In this document: piece after piece, positions 9,760 through 18,934 of the stretch
Position numbering within the stretch: the first letter of the stretch is position 1
Layout: every line of letters starts with the position of its first letter
From: Giardia intestinalis
Lineage: Eukaryota
Direction: 5' to 3' (one strand)
Length of the DNA stretch: 64,000 bases
Assembly: GCA_000002435.2 (NCBI GenBank)
Contig: CM018792.1
Notes under the pieces: model-generated
The model's input: only the letters and a program-made list of their open reading frames with translations
What the model was told of the DNA's origin: nothing
Databases searched by the model: none
Position numbers and translations under genes: made by a program

Positions 9760-10524
9760 CTACCGGGTCGCAGACAGGAAGAGGAGCCCGAAGAAGACGG
9801 CCGTGCTCGCCGTCACCCCCGCCACGGCCCCGATGTTCCTCACACGGCAGTCACATAGATCCCTGTGGTAGCCCTCGGCACAGACACAGGCATCCTTGTA
9901 GCACTCCCCGTGTCCTGTGCACACACTCCCAGCCAGACGAGTGTTCAGGTACTTCTTGCTGGCGCACAGCTGGCCATGGGGGACCGCGTCCTCGTCGCAC
10001 TGGCACGCAAGGGCGGCTGTGGCGTTCTGCACACACGTCCTGCCCCTTGCCTTGGGCGTCCAGTTGCAGGCAGCCCCGTTCTTCACGCACTGGGCGTGCA
10101 CGCACGTGCTGTTCAGCATCACAAAGCCGTCCTCACACTTGCACAGGTACTCTCCATCACTGTATAGGCATTCTCCGTGCGGGCACACAAAACCCGTGTC
10201 CGAAACACACCCCGCCGGGGCGCACCCGTGGTCCGGAATGTGCTTGAATGGTGGCACGCACAGACACTGGTGTCTCGCCGTGGAGTGGTCCAGTCGGCAG
10301 AGCAGAGAGCTCGTCAGGTTTGCCACGAAGCCGTCGGTGAGGATCGTGCTATTGTTGTTTCTGATGCTCTTATCAAGCATGTGGGGGTATCCGCAGAGCC
10401 GCTCTCCGACGACGCACTCGGCCGGGTAGCACAGCCCCTCGGGGGGAGTAGTCCTGGCAGGCGCCTGCGGGCTGTCTTGGTTGTCGGCTTCGGCTGCTGC
10501 CCTCGAGAGAACCCTGGGCTGCAA
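9760..10524 (-). CDS. EGF-like cysteine-rich membrane protein (HCMP/Notch-like EGF modules), possibly 5'-incomplete
   Basis: EGF-type Cys spacing (CKCEDGFV, CVCAEGYHRDLCDC) is followed by a C-terminal TM segment IGAVAGVTASTAVFFGLLFL. No signal peptide is present at the annotated N-terminus (MQPRVLSRAAAEADNQDSPQAP...). Confidence 0.5.
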   Translation of the reverse strand: MQPRVLSRAAAEADNQDSPQAPARTTPPEGLCYPAECVVGERLCGYPHMLDKSIRNNNSTILTDGFVANLTSSLLCRLDHSTARHQCLCVPPFKHIPDHGCAPAGCVSDTGFVCPHGECLYSDGEYLCKCEDGFVMLNSTCVHAQCVKNGAACNWTPKARGRTCVQNATAALACQCDEDAVPHGQLCASKKYLNTRLAGSVCTGHGECYKDACVCAEGYHRDLCDCRVRNIGAVAGVTASTAVFFGLLFLSATR

Positions 10525-10996
10525 CGCACTGCCACTTCCCGAGGATTCCTATGCAGTGCCTACTTCCTCGTGGGTAGAGCGGGCATAGAGGCACGGTCTT
10601 GCCGCAGGATCCAGTGGATGCTTGGAGACAGGTGACCCAACGATTTCGTAAAATAGCGCCGCAGAGGCCATGGAGCGAGCAGATGCAATAGGCAATGCGT
10701 TTACTACCGAGACGCCCTGCCCCTGCAGGTGGGCCCAGTGATACAGTGACAGCAATGTACAGGAGTGCACCCCGACCAATCACTCCACAAGAGAGGTGCG
10801 ATCTGAGTCCGGCCCTCACTGGTCCTGTTCCTATGGAAGTCAGAGAGAACTGCGCTATCAGCTGGCCTCCGGTTGGTGTGCTCCTATCTCGTCCTTCTCC
10901 AGTCCAACTGATCAAGAGAGCAAGAGCGGCTGTCTCTCACTGCTCGCGGTCAATGCACAAGTCTGGTGAAAGAGCAGTGGCATACGAACCCGGCTA

Positions 10997-13900
10997 ATGT
11001 TGATAGGATTTCTCCTAGTTTGTGCAACCGTGCTGGCAAAGAACAGCGGGAAGACCGCATGCGTGGCGGCCTCTAACACAGCATGCGCAGCAGCCCTGGA
11101 CACGGCGGGCTGCAAGACCTGCGGCCCCGACGCCCAGACGTGCCTGGACTGCAAGACTCCTGGCGAGAACGTGCAGCTCGATAAAAGAAGCTGCAAGGCC
11201 AACTGCCCGCAGAACTCCTCCCCCAACCAGAACGTCTGCGAGTGCGACCCGGGATTCAGCCTGAACAATGGAAAAGACGCGTGCGAGGCGGTTGCCAACG
11301 TCAACTGCGCAGCAGCCCTGGACACGGCGGGCTGCAAGACCTGCGGCCCCGACGCCCAGACGTGCCTGGACTGCAAGACTCCTGGCGAGAACGTGCAGCT
11401 CGATAAAAGAAGCTGCAAGGCCAACTGCCCGCAGAACTCCTCCCCCAACCAGAACGTCTGCGAGTGCGACCCGGGATTCAGCCTGAACAATGGAAAAGAC
11501 GCGTGCGAGGCGGTTGCCAACGTCAACTGCGCAGCAGCCCTGGACACGGCGGGCTGCAAGACCTGCGGCCCCGACGCCCAGACGTGCCTGGACTGCAAGA
11601 CTCCTGGCGAGAACGTGCAGCTCGATAAAAGAAGCTGCAAGGCCAACTGCCCGCAGAACTCCTCCCCCAACCAGAACGTCTGCGAGTGCGACCCGGGATT
11701 CAGCCTGAACAATGGAAAAGACGCGTGCGAGGCGGTTGCCAACGTCAACTGCGCAGCAGCCCTGGACACGGCGGGCTGCAAGACCTGCGGCCCCGACGCC
11801 CAGACGTGCCTGGACTGCAAGACTCCTGGCGAGAACGTGCAGCTCGATAAAAGAAGCTGCAAGGCCAACTGCCCGCAGAACTCCTCCCCCAACCAGAACG
11901 TCTGCGAGTGCGACCCGGGATTCAGCCTGAACAATGGAAAAGACGCGTGCGAGGCGGTTGCCAACGTCAACTGCGCAGCAGCCCTGGACACGGCGGGCTG
12001 CAAGACCTGCGGCCCCGACGCCCAGACGTGCCTGGACTGCAAGACTCCTGGCGAGAACGTGCAGCTCGATAAAAGAAGCTGCAAGGCCAACTGCCCGCAG
12101 AACTCCTCCCCCAACCAGAACGTCTGCGAGTGCGACCCGGGATTCAGCCTGAACAATGGAAAAGACGCGTGCGAGGCGGTTGCCAACGTCAACTGCGCAG
12201 CAGCCCTGGACACGGCGGGCTGCAAGACCTGCGGCCCCGACGCCCAGACGTGCCTGGACTGCAAGACTCCTGGCGAGAACGTGCAGCTCGATAAAAGAAG
12301 CTGCAAGGCCAACTGCCCGCAGAACTCCTCCCCCAACCAGAACGTCTGCGAGTGCGACCCGGGATTCAGCCTGAACAATGGAAAAGACGCGTGCGAGGCG
12401 GTTGCCAACGTCAACTGCGCAGCAGCCCTGGACACGGCGGGCTGCAAGACCTGCGGCCCCGACGCCCAGACGTGCCTGGACTGCAAGACTCCTGGCGAGA
12501 ACGTGCAGCTCGATAAAAGAAGCTGCAAGGCCAACTGCCCGCAGAACTCCTCCCCCAACCAGAACGTCTGCGAGTGCGACCCGGGATTCAGCCTGAACAA
12601 TGGAAAAGACGCGTGCGAGGCGGTTGCCAACGTCAACTGCGCAGCAGCCCTGGACACGGCGGGCTGCAAGACCTGCGGCCCCGACGCCCAGACGTGCCTG
12701 GACTGCAAGACTCCTGGCGAGAACGTGCAGCTCGATAAAAGAAGCTGCAAGGCCAACTGCCCGCAGAACTCCTCCCCCAACCAGAACGTCTGCGAGTGCG
12801 ACCCGGGATTCAGCCTGAACAATGGAAAAGACGCGTGCGAGGCGGTTGCCAACGTCAACTGCGCAGCAGCCCTGGACACGGCGGGCTGCAAGACCTGCGG
12901 CCCCGACGCCCAGACGTGCCTGGACTGCAAGACTCCTGGCGAGAACGTGCAGCTCGATAAAAGAAGCTGCAAGGCCAACTGCCCGCAGAACTCCTCCCCC
13001 AACCAGAACGTCTGCGAGTGCGACCCGGGATTCAGCCTGAACAATGGAAAAGACGCGTGCGAGGCGGTTGCCAACGTCAACTGCGCAGCAGCCCTGGACA
13101 CGGCGGGCTGCAAGACCTGCGGCCCCGACGCCCAGACGTGCCTGGACTGCAAGACTCCTGGCGAGAACGTGCAGCTCGATAAAAGAAGCTGCAAGGCCAA
13201 CTGCCCGCAGAACTCCTCCCCCAACCAGAACGTCTGCGAGTGCGACCCGGGATTCAGCCTGAACAATGGAAAAGACGCGTGCGAGGCGGTTGCCAACGTC
13301 AACTGCGCAGCAGCCCTGGACACGGCGGGCTGCAAGACCTGCGGCCCCGACGCCCAGACGTGCCTGGACTGCAAGACTCCTGGCGAGAACGTGCAGCTCG
13401 ATAAAAGAAGCTGCAAGGCCAACTGCCCGCAGAACTCCTCCCCCAACCAGAACGTCTGCGAGTGCGACCCGGGATTCAGCCTGAACAATGGAAAAGACGC
13501 GTGCGAGGCGGTTGCCAACGTCAACTGCGCAGCAGCCCTGGACACGGCGGGCTGCAAGACCTGCGGCCCCGACGCCCAGACGTGCCTGGACTGCAAGACT
13601 CCTGGCGAGAACGTGCAGCTCGATAAAAGAAGCTGCAAGGCCAACTGCCCGCAGAACTCCTCCCCCAACCAGAACGTCTGCGAGTGCGACCCGGGATTCA
13701 GCCTGAACAATGGAAAAGACGCGTGCGAGGCGGTTGCCAACGTCAACTGCGCAGCAGCCCTGGACACGGCGGGCTGCAAGACCTGCGGCCCCGACGCCCA
13801 GACGTGCCTGGACTGCAAGACTCCTGGCGAGAACGTGCAGCTCGATAAAAGAAGCTGCAAGGCCAACTGCCCGCAGAACTCCTCCCCCAACCAGAACGTC

Positions 13901-15805
13901 TGCGAGTGCGACCCGGGATTCAGCCTGAACAATGGAAAAGACGCGTGCGAGGCGGTTGCCAACGTCAACTGCGCAGCAGCCCTGGACACGGCGGGCTGCA
14001 AGACCTGCGGCCCCGACGCCCAGACGTGCCTGGACTGCAAGACTCCTGGCGAGAACGTGCAGCTCGATAAAAGAAGCTGCAAGGCCAACTGCCCGCAGAA
14101 CTCCTCCCCCAACCAGAACGTCTGCGAGTGCGACCCGGGATTCAGCCTGAACAATGGAAAAGACGCGTGCGAGGCGGTTGCCAACGTCAACTGCGCAGCA
14201 GCCCTGGACACGGCGGGCTGCAAGACCTGCGGCCCCGACGCCCAGACGTGCCTGGACTGCAAGACTCCTGGCGAGAACGTGCAGCTCGATAAAAGAAGCT
14301 GCAAGGCCAACTGCCCGCAGAACTCCTCCCCCAACCAGAACGTCTGCGAGTGCGACCCGGGATTCAGCCTGAACAATGGAAAAGACGCGTGCGAGGCGGT
14401 TGCCAACGTCAACTGCGCAGCAGCCCTGGACACGGCGGGCTGCAAGACCTGCGGCCCCGACGCCCAGACGTGCCTGGACTGCAAGACTCCTGGCGAGAAC
14501 GTGCAGCTCGATAAAAGAAGCTGCAAGGCCAACTGCCCGCAGAACTCCTCCCCCAACCAGAACGTCTGCGAGTGCGACCCGGGATTCAGCCTGAACAATG
14601 GAAAAGACGCGTGCGAGGCGGTTGCCAACGTCAACTGCGCAGCAGCCCTGGACACGGCGGGCTGCAAGACCTGCGGCCCCGACGCCCAGACGTGCACGGC
14701 CTGTACAGAGGCTTCCAACAATGTACAGATTGACAAGAAGAGCTGCAAGGCCGACTGCCCGTCGAACTCTGCAGCCAACGGCCAGCACGTCTGCGAGTGC
14801 GCCGTTGGGTACCAGCCGACTCCCGGGCAGAACCAGTGCGAGAAGGCCCCTAACACGCAGTGCAATACTCCCAACTGCAAGACCTGTGACAACCCCAAAA
14901 CAGACAACGAAATCTGCACTGAATGTAATGATGGCAACTACCTCACCCCGACAAAGCAGTGCACGCAGAGCTGCGGAGCAATAGGAAGCTACTACAACGG
15001 AGACAAAGTGTGCGAGCCTTGTGATCCTAGCTGTGCTGGGTGCACCACAAAGGGGCCAGCGAAGTGCACAGCTTGTCCTCCCGGGAAAATGCTAAAATAC
15101 ACCAATGATGATCCTAATCAAGGTGGATCCTGCGTAGATGAGTGCAAAGCAGAGATGGACGGGTGTGCAGAGTGTGGAGCGGTAATCGGCGGTACGAAGT
15201 ACTGTTCAAAATGCAAGGAAGATAAGTGGGCACCTCAGAATGGCGTGTGCGCTAATTCAGTAACAAGGAATTCATTCTGCACGAACGCAGCAGGTGGCGT
15301 ATGCACTCAGTGTGCTGCAGATCATTTTCTTCAAGATGGAGGCTGCTATAAACTCGGTAGACAGCCTGGTGTCCAGATATGTGCAGCGGCGGGTCCCAAT
15401 AGCCTGTGTACTACGTGCGTAAATGGACAGAGACCAGATACCAATACTGGAGCCTGTCCTGTGTGTCCAACAGGTTGTGACACATGTACAGGGACATCCT
15501 CGCGGGCGCCCGAATGCCAATCTTGCCTTCTGGGATACTATTTCGATTCTGATAAAAAGCTGTGTGTGAAATGTACCGAGAATAGTAGTGCTATTCAAGG
15601 TGTTAGCAGCTGTGTGAGCTGTAGTCCTCCATCTAATAATCAAGGATCTGTCGTCTGCTACCTCATAAATGATAGCGGTAGCACAAACAAGAGTAGCAGG
15701 CTCTCCACTGGGGCCATCGCTGGCATCTCCGTTGCTGTGGTCGTTGTTGTAGGAGGGCTTGTTGGCTTCTTGTGTTGGTGGTTCCTCTGCCGCGGGAAGG
15801 CGTAG
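10997..15805 (+). CDS. Variant-specific surface protein (VSP), 1602 aa, containing about 16.5 tandem 74-aa Cys-rich repeats
   Basis: The protein has a signal peptide MLIGFLLVCATVLA. About 16 copies of NVNCAAALDTAGCKTCGPDAQTCLDCKTPGENVQLDKRSCKANCPQNSSPNQNVCECDPGFSLNNGKDACEAVA follow. A unique CXXC-rich region containing GGCY comes next. The C-terminus is the TM GAIAGISVAVVVVVGGLVGFLCWWFLC followed by the invariant tail CRGKA*. Confidence 0.9.
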   Translation: MLIGFLLVCATVLAKNSGKTACVAASNTACAAALDTAGCKTCGPDAQTCLDCKTPGENVQLDKRSCKANCPQNSSPNQNVCECDPGFSLNNGKDACEAVANVNCAAALDTAGCKTCGPDAQTCLDCKTPGENVQLDKRSCKANCPQNSSPNQNVCECDPGFSLNNGKDACEAVANVNCAAALDTAGCKTCGPDAQTCLDCKTPGENVQLDKRSCKANCPQNSSPNQNVCECDPGFSLNNGKDACEAVANVNCAAALDTAGCKTCGPDAQTCLDCKTPGENVQLDKRSCKANCPQNSSPNQNVCECDPGFSLNNGKDACEAVANVNCAAALDTAGCKTCGPDAQTCLDCKTPGENVQLDKRSCKANCPQNSSPNQNVCECDPGFSLNNGKDACEAVANVNCAAALDTAGCKTCGPDAQTCLDCKTPGENVQLDKRSCKANCPQNSSPNQNVCECDPGFSLNNGKDACEAVANVNCAAALDTAGCKTCGPDAQTCLDCKTPGENVQLDKRSCKANCPQNSSPNQNVCECDPGFSLNNGKDACEAVANVNCAAALDTAGCKTCGPDAQTCLDCKTPGENVQLDKRSCKANCPQNSSPNQNVCECDPGFSLNNGKDACEAVANVNCAAALDTAGCKTCGPDAQTCLDCKTPGENVQLDKRSCKANCPQNSSPNQNVCECDPGFSLNNGKDACEAVANVNCAAALDTAGCKTCGPDAQTCLDCKTPGENVQLDKRSCKANCPQNSSPNQNVCECDPGFSLNNGKDACEAVANVNCAAALDTAGCKTCGPDAQTCLDCKTPGENVQLDKRSCKANCPQNSSPNQNVCECDPGFSLNNGKDACEAVANVNCAAALDTAGCKTCGPDAQTCLDCKTPGENVQLDKRSCKANCPQNSSPNQNVCECDPGFSLNNGKDACEAVANVNCAAALDTAGCKTCGPDAQTCLDCKTPGENVQLDKRSCKANCPQNSSPNQNVCECDPGFSLNNGKDACEAVANVNCAAALDTAGCKTCGPDAQTCLDCKTPGENVQLDKRSCKANCPQNSSPNQNVCECDPGFSLNNGKDACEAVANVNCAAALDTAGCKTCGPDAQTCLDCKTPGENVQLDKRSCKANCPQNSSPNQNVCECDPGFSLNNGKDACEAVANVNCAAALDTAGCKTCGPDAQTCLDCKTPGENVQLDKRSCKANCPQNSSPNQNVCECDPGFSLNNGKDACEAVANVNCAAALDTAGCKTCGPDAQTCTACTEASNNVQIDKKSCKADCPSNSAANGQHVCECAVGYQPTPGQNQCEKAPNTQCNTPNCKTCDNPKTDNEICTECNDGNYLTPTKQCTQSCGAIGSYYNGDKVCEPCDPSCAGCTTKGPAKCTACPPGKMLKYTNDDPNQGGSCVDECKAEMDGCAECGAVIGGTKYCSKCKEDKWAPQNGVCANSVTRNSFCTNAAGGVCTQCAADHFLQDGGCYKLGRQPGVQICAAAGPNSLCTTCVNGQRPDTNTGACPVCPTGCDTCTGTSSRAPECQSCLLGYYFDSDKKLCVKCTENSSAIQGVSSCVSCSPPSNNQGSVVCYLINDSGSTNKSSRLSTGAIAGISVAVVVVVGGLVGFLCWWFLCRGKA
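11046..14700 (+). repeat. Tandem array of about 16.5 x 222 bp, apparently 100% identical units, inside the VSP coding sequence
   Basis: The identical 72-aa alternate-frame ORFs at 11268, 11490, ... 14598 are spaced exactly 222 nt apart (16 copies). Both antisense frames stay open across the whole array. By-eye comparison of units shows no mismatches. Confidence 0.9.
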
Positions 15806-15817
15806 ATTTAACTGTAC

Positions 15818-15832
15818 ACTTAGGTAGTAAAC
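15818..15832 (+). promoter_or_regulatory. VSP-type extended poly(A) signal ACTTAGGTAGTAAAC (contains AGTAAAC), 13 nt after the stop
   Basis: Matches the conserved VSP 3' motif ACTYAGRTAGTRAAY described for Giardia VSP genes. Confidence 0.55.
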
Positions 15833-16320
15833 GTATTATATCGACGGATCCCGTTAGGGGCTGCCTGAGTGCCATTCCTGACTGCACAGTCTGTGCTCTG
15901 AGACAGCGCCTAAATGAGTCTAGATAAAGCCAGCAGTTACTTCGGTACTCTGGGAGGCCAGTAGGCAATGCGATCAATCACAGCTAACGGGGTCACCTTC
16001 TAGAACAGAACGAGTGGAAGAAGTCAAACTGACGGGTTTTAGTGAGGCACTTTTAAAAATCTTTAGGCTTGGATTTGGTGATAGAACATCCAGGCACAGT
16101 AGAGGAAACAACAGAATATGTAGTCACCTGTTCACTCTAGTTAAGATGGCTTGACTGCGAAGTTTAGTAAGGTGGATGTATTGTACGCATAGAAGGTGCT
16201 ATTAGTGTGTCTAAGAACCAGTCGATAGTAAGGGCGGCGCATTTTTCTCATGTACACGAACACGTGTTAAATCTGCTCCTGAGAACGGCATTTAAAAAGT
16301 ACTTATATTGTCGTCGGTGA

Positions 16321-16926
16321 ATGTCAACCCTGACCTCGCACACGGTGATGTGCTCCGAAGTCGCAGAGATGACCGAGACACAAGCAAGTGGCGGTTCAAC
16401 TAAGCAAGCGTCATCTCCGATTCCAATCGGAGCACCCATCAGCGCCGAGGAGGCTGCTAAGCTCTGGGATGAGTCCTTGTGTCCCGAACTTCCTCCCATT
16501 GCTCCGGGCGCGGGGAAGGTGTCTATATGCGATCTTCGCATCCTAAGCCCGGATCTAATGGAGCCTCTCGTCTACTCTACAAGTTCCATTACTCCGGAAC
16601 ATACCCAGAAGCCTCTCTATACCATCAAGCAGGGCTGTCTCTTTTCCATGGGCTTCTCCTGGCGGGTCTCTGAAGCGCCCATAGTTGGGTTCAGATCCCT
16701 TGTTCGGATTTACCGCCTAGGCATCCCTGTCTACAAGGGGAGGGTATTCCTCGGAACGTTTCTTCCTCGAAGTGAGCCATATATATATTTCATGTCCGAA
16801 GAGTGTGCACCCAAGGGCATTCTGGCAAAGGGGTACTTCAGGGCAAAATTAGAATTCGTGGATGAACACAACACCAGCTTTGGGAGTCTGGAGTACCTGT
16901 TTAACTTTTCAGATAATTGGGGTTAA
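16321..16926 (+). CDS. Rho GDP-dissociation inhibitor (RhoGDI) homologue
   Basis: The C-terminal half aligns with metazoan RhoGDI. YRLGIPVYKGRVFLGTFLPRSEPYIYFMSEECAPKGILAKGYFRAKLEFVDEHNTSFGSLEYLFNFSDNW matches [70 protein letters not shown]. About 200 aa with a true ATG start. Confidence 0.8.
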   Translation: MSTLTSHTVMCSEVAEMTETQASGGSTKQASSPIPIGAPISAEEAAKLWDESLCPELPPIAPGAGKVSICDLRILSPDLMEPLVYSTSSITPEHTQKPLYTIKQGCLFSMGFSWRVSEAPIVGFRSLVRIYRLGIPVYKGRVFLGTFLPRSEPYIYFMSEECAPKGILAKGYFRAKLEFVDEHNTSFGSLEYLFNFSDNWG

Positions 16927-16959
16927 CCGCTGGTTTATCGAAGTATGCAAGAGCCACGC

Positions 16960-17463
16960 CTATTCTAGAAGGTCTGATGTGGAGTTTATTGTGGTCCCGT
17001 AGACAAAGAGTGGGATGTTAGGCAGTCTACTCAACAGCCTGCCCCTGTGTGTCTCCGGGGTGGACCACGAGTAAACTGGTGGGCTGCAGATGCCCCTGCG
17101 GTAGTCCCTTTGCTGTTTGTACTCCCGTAGCTTGGTGCGCGCGTGGTGGCTAATTTGCTCATCTAGCTCTTGCATTGTCCTTTGCCTCTCACGCGTCTCA
17201 AGGTGCAGCGCTTGGCACATGGCGTCTCTATTCAACGCGGTGACACGGTGGAAGAAGCAGCTCTCCTGAGGGCGTGTATGTACACTGATCTGTTCCATGA
17301 GATCGCGCGCAGTTTGCATTCGCAGGAGATTTTGCTTCTCCCGCTCTAGCAGGAGCTCAGTATCGTAGACTGCAGGATGCAGTGCTTCTGGCCCCACTGG
17401 GTGATGAATGGTGCACTTCAGAAGGCCGGCCTCAGCCAGAGGGTCGTCGCACTGAGGCGCCAT
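16960..17463 (-). CDS. Hypothetical protein, 167 aa
   Basis: ORF-track ORF, convergent with RhoGDI across a 33-nt gap. No recognisable domain. Confidence 0.45.
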   Translation of the reverse strand: MAPQCDDPLAEAGLLKCTIHHPVGPEALHPAVYDTELLLEREKQNLLRMQTARDLMEQISVHTRPQESCFFHRVTALNRDAMCQALHLETRERQRTMQELDEQISHHARTKLREYKQQRDYRRGICSPPVYSWSTPETHRGRLLSRLPNIPLFVYGTTINSTSDLLE

Positions 17464-17551
17464 CTTCGCTAATCTACAGTTTACTTTTTATAGGTTCTAT
17501 AGATCCTTGATATAACATGGCAAAGAGTATGAACATGGGAATTCTACAGGG

Positions 17552-18934
17552 CTACTTTTCTAGAGCTGGCCTTATGGCAATCGTATAAAGCGCAGACGAA
17601 AAACCACTAACAGAATAAAACACCCCGAGGATGATCAGGATGAGACTTAACGCTAGACGGTACTTTGGCCCTCCTTGGCGCTTAGAAATGGTGTATCCAA
17701 AGAAGCCAGGGATAATGTAGACCATCGGGGACCCGCAAAGAGAAGCAGTAAAGGAAAGGATGTGGTCGATGTCAGACACAAAGGTAGCGATAATGGCGGG
17801 CACAAAGACATTTATAAGGGCAAACATAAGGGACCACTTGAAAGGAACCTTCTGCCCGGGCTTCCATATGAGGGATTGGAAGGCCTTGTTGACCCCGAAG
17901 CTGACTAGAGGATAGGAAAACAGCATGACGAGTATCATCGCTGTGTTTGCAATCTGGAAGTAAACAGACGCCCCTGAGAGCTGAGAGACGTTTCTGAGGA
18001 TGTCCGACGCCACAGTATCTGTAAACGCAAAGTAGCCAAAGAGAGCCATTGCGGAGTTGAAAAGAATCGTAACAGCCATGGTTATCAATATTGTGATGTT
18101 CATGCGGCGAATAGAACGATCCTTAAGCTCGCGGTATATATTCATGCTGTTGTAATGGCCGCAGAACGCGGTCGTGAATAGCGGAAAGGCTGTGAAAGCG
18201 TCTATGGAAAAGTTTAGGGCTTGGGGAGGACCGCTGGACAGTATTTTACCGGGAACATACGTGACAAGCAAATAGAAGCCTGCCACGACGCAGATCACAT
18301 AAAAGATACTGGCAAGGGCAACCAGAGATGTAAAGTTGAGAAAGTCTATCCGGGGCAGGAGGCAAAGGGGCAGAATGATAAAGGTCATGATCCCCCACAG
18401 GAGGCTCTTCTTTTTATAGTCGTTTTCGGAGGTAGGCTCAGACCACCAGAACATGTTATCTCTCAGCACTATGCAATAGGATGCTATTGACCCGAACGTG
18501 TAAATTATTACGATGATGCCTATGAAGAGAGAGAACTTCTGGCCATAAAGTTTGAGCGCTATGTCCCGATACTGGAAGAAGCCAGTGTACTCACTGGCCA
18601 CGGTCAGCAAATTAAACGCATAGCCAGACGAGAGCCCGACCAATAAAAGACAGAACATGCCCAGAACCCAGCCGCAGTTGTAGAGGTTGAACGGCAGCGT
18701 CATTATCCCACACCCAATGATGGTGTTGGAAAGATTGAACGAGCTAGAGAGGACGGTCGCAGACCCGTCGTGGACAACAGGCTTGGACTCCTGGTCATCC
18801 TGCACCGCTGATGCCACCAGTGGTATGGATTCATTGCTAGACTCTGGCTGGCTGGGCCCTCCGGGTAACATCTCCTTTTCGTTTTTTGGCACAACAGGAA
18901 TTATTTGACCAACCGCAAACAAGTGCACCGGCAT
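17552..18934 (-). CDS. Amino-acid transporter family protein (Aa_trans/AAAP-like), about 11 TM
   Basis: Many hydrophobic helices and the N-terminal family motif SSFNLSNTIIGCGIMTLPF (N..N.I.G.GIL.LP). The ORF-track start at 18955 is TTG; the first ATG (MPVHLFAV...) is at 18934. Confidence 0.7.
   Translation of the reverse strand: MPVHLFAVGQIIPVVPKNEKEMLPGGPSQPESSNESIPLVASAVQDDQESKPVVHDGSATVLSSSFNLSNTIIGCGIMTLPFNLYNCGWVLGMFCLLLVGLSSGYAFNLLTVASEYTGFFQYRDIALKLYGQKFSLFIGIIVIIYTFGSIASYCIVLRDNMFWWSEPTSENDYKKKSLLWGIMTFIILPLCLLPRIDFLNFTSLVALASIFYVICVVAGFYLLVTYVPGKILSSGPPQALNFSIDAFTAFPLFTTAFCGHYNSMNIYRELKDRSIRRMNITILITMAVTILFNSAMALFGYFAFTDTVASDILRNVSQLSGASVYFQIANTAMILVMLFSYPLVSFGVNKAFQSLIWKPGQKVPFKWSLMFALINVFVPAIIATFVSDIDHILSFTASLCGSPMVYIIPGFFGYTISKRQGGPKYRLALSLILIILGVFYSVSGFSSALYTIAIRPALEK

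Noticed and set aside
6731-10635. Numerous overlapping ORFs of 70-255 aa on all frames (for example 6731..7534 minus, 7734..8471 minus, 7808..8575 plus, 9308..9871 plus, 9322..9756 minus, 9917..10429 plus)
   Set aside because: They lie in the GC-rich block where stops are rare. They are Arg/Gly/Pro/Ala-rich, as expected for out-of-frame GC-rich sequence, and they run antisense or out of frame to ORFs with clear helicase, protease or EGF motifs.
10912-14937. Minus-strand ORFs of 1341 aa and 1257 aa across the VSP repeat array
   Set aside because: They are products of a stop-free 222-bp unit repeated 16 times. Their peptides are just the same unit's antisense translation, repeated. They carry no independent start context or domain. 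Strand assignment to the plus VSP is secured by the signal peptide, CXXC motifs and CRGKA tail.
11268-14984. Sixteen identical 72-aa plus-strand ORFs (MEKTRARRLPTSTAQQ...) in the +1 frame of the repeat
   Set aside because: This is the same repeat read out of frame. Each is terminated and restarted at the same point of every unit, which is the expected pattern for a perfect tandem repeat, not for genes.
10997-15805. CRISPR-like array, considered because of regularly spaced identical repeats
   Set aside because: The units are contiguous 222-bp copies with no unique spacers. They are in-frame coding sequence of a eukaryotic surface protein. No cas genes are present, and the organism is a eukaryote.
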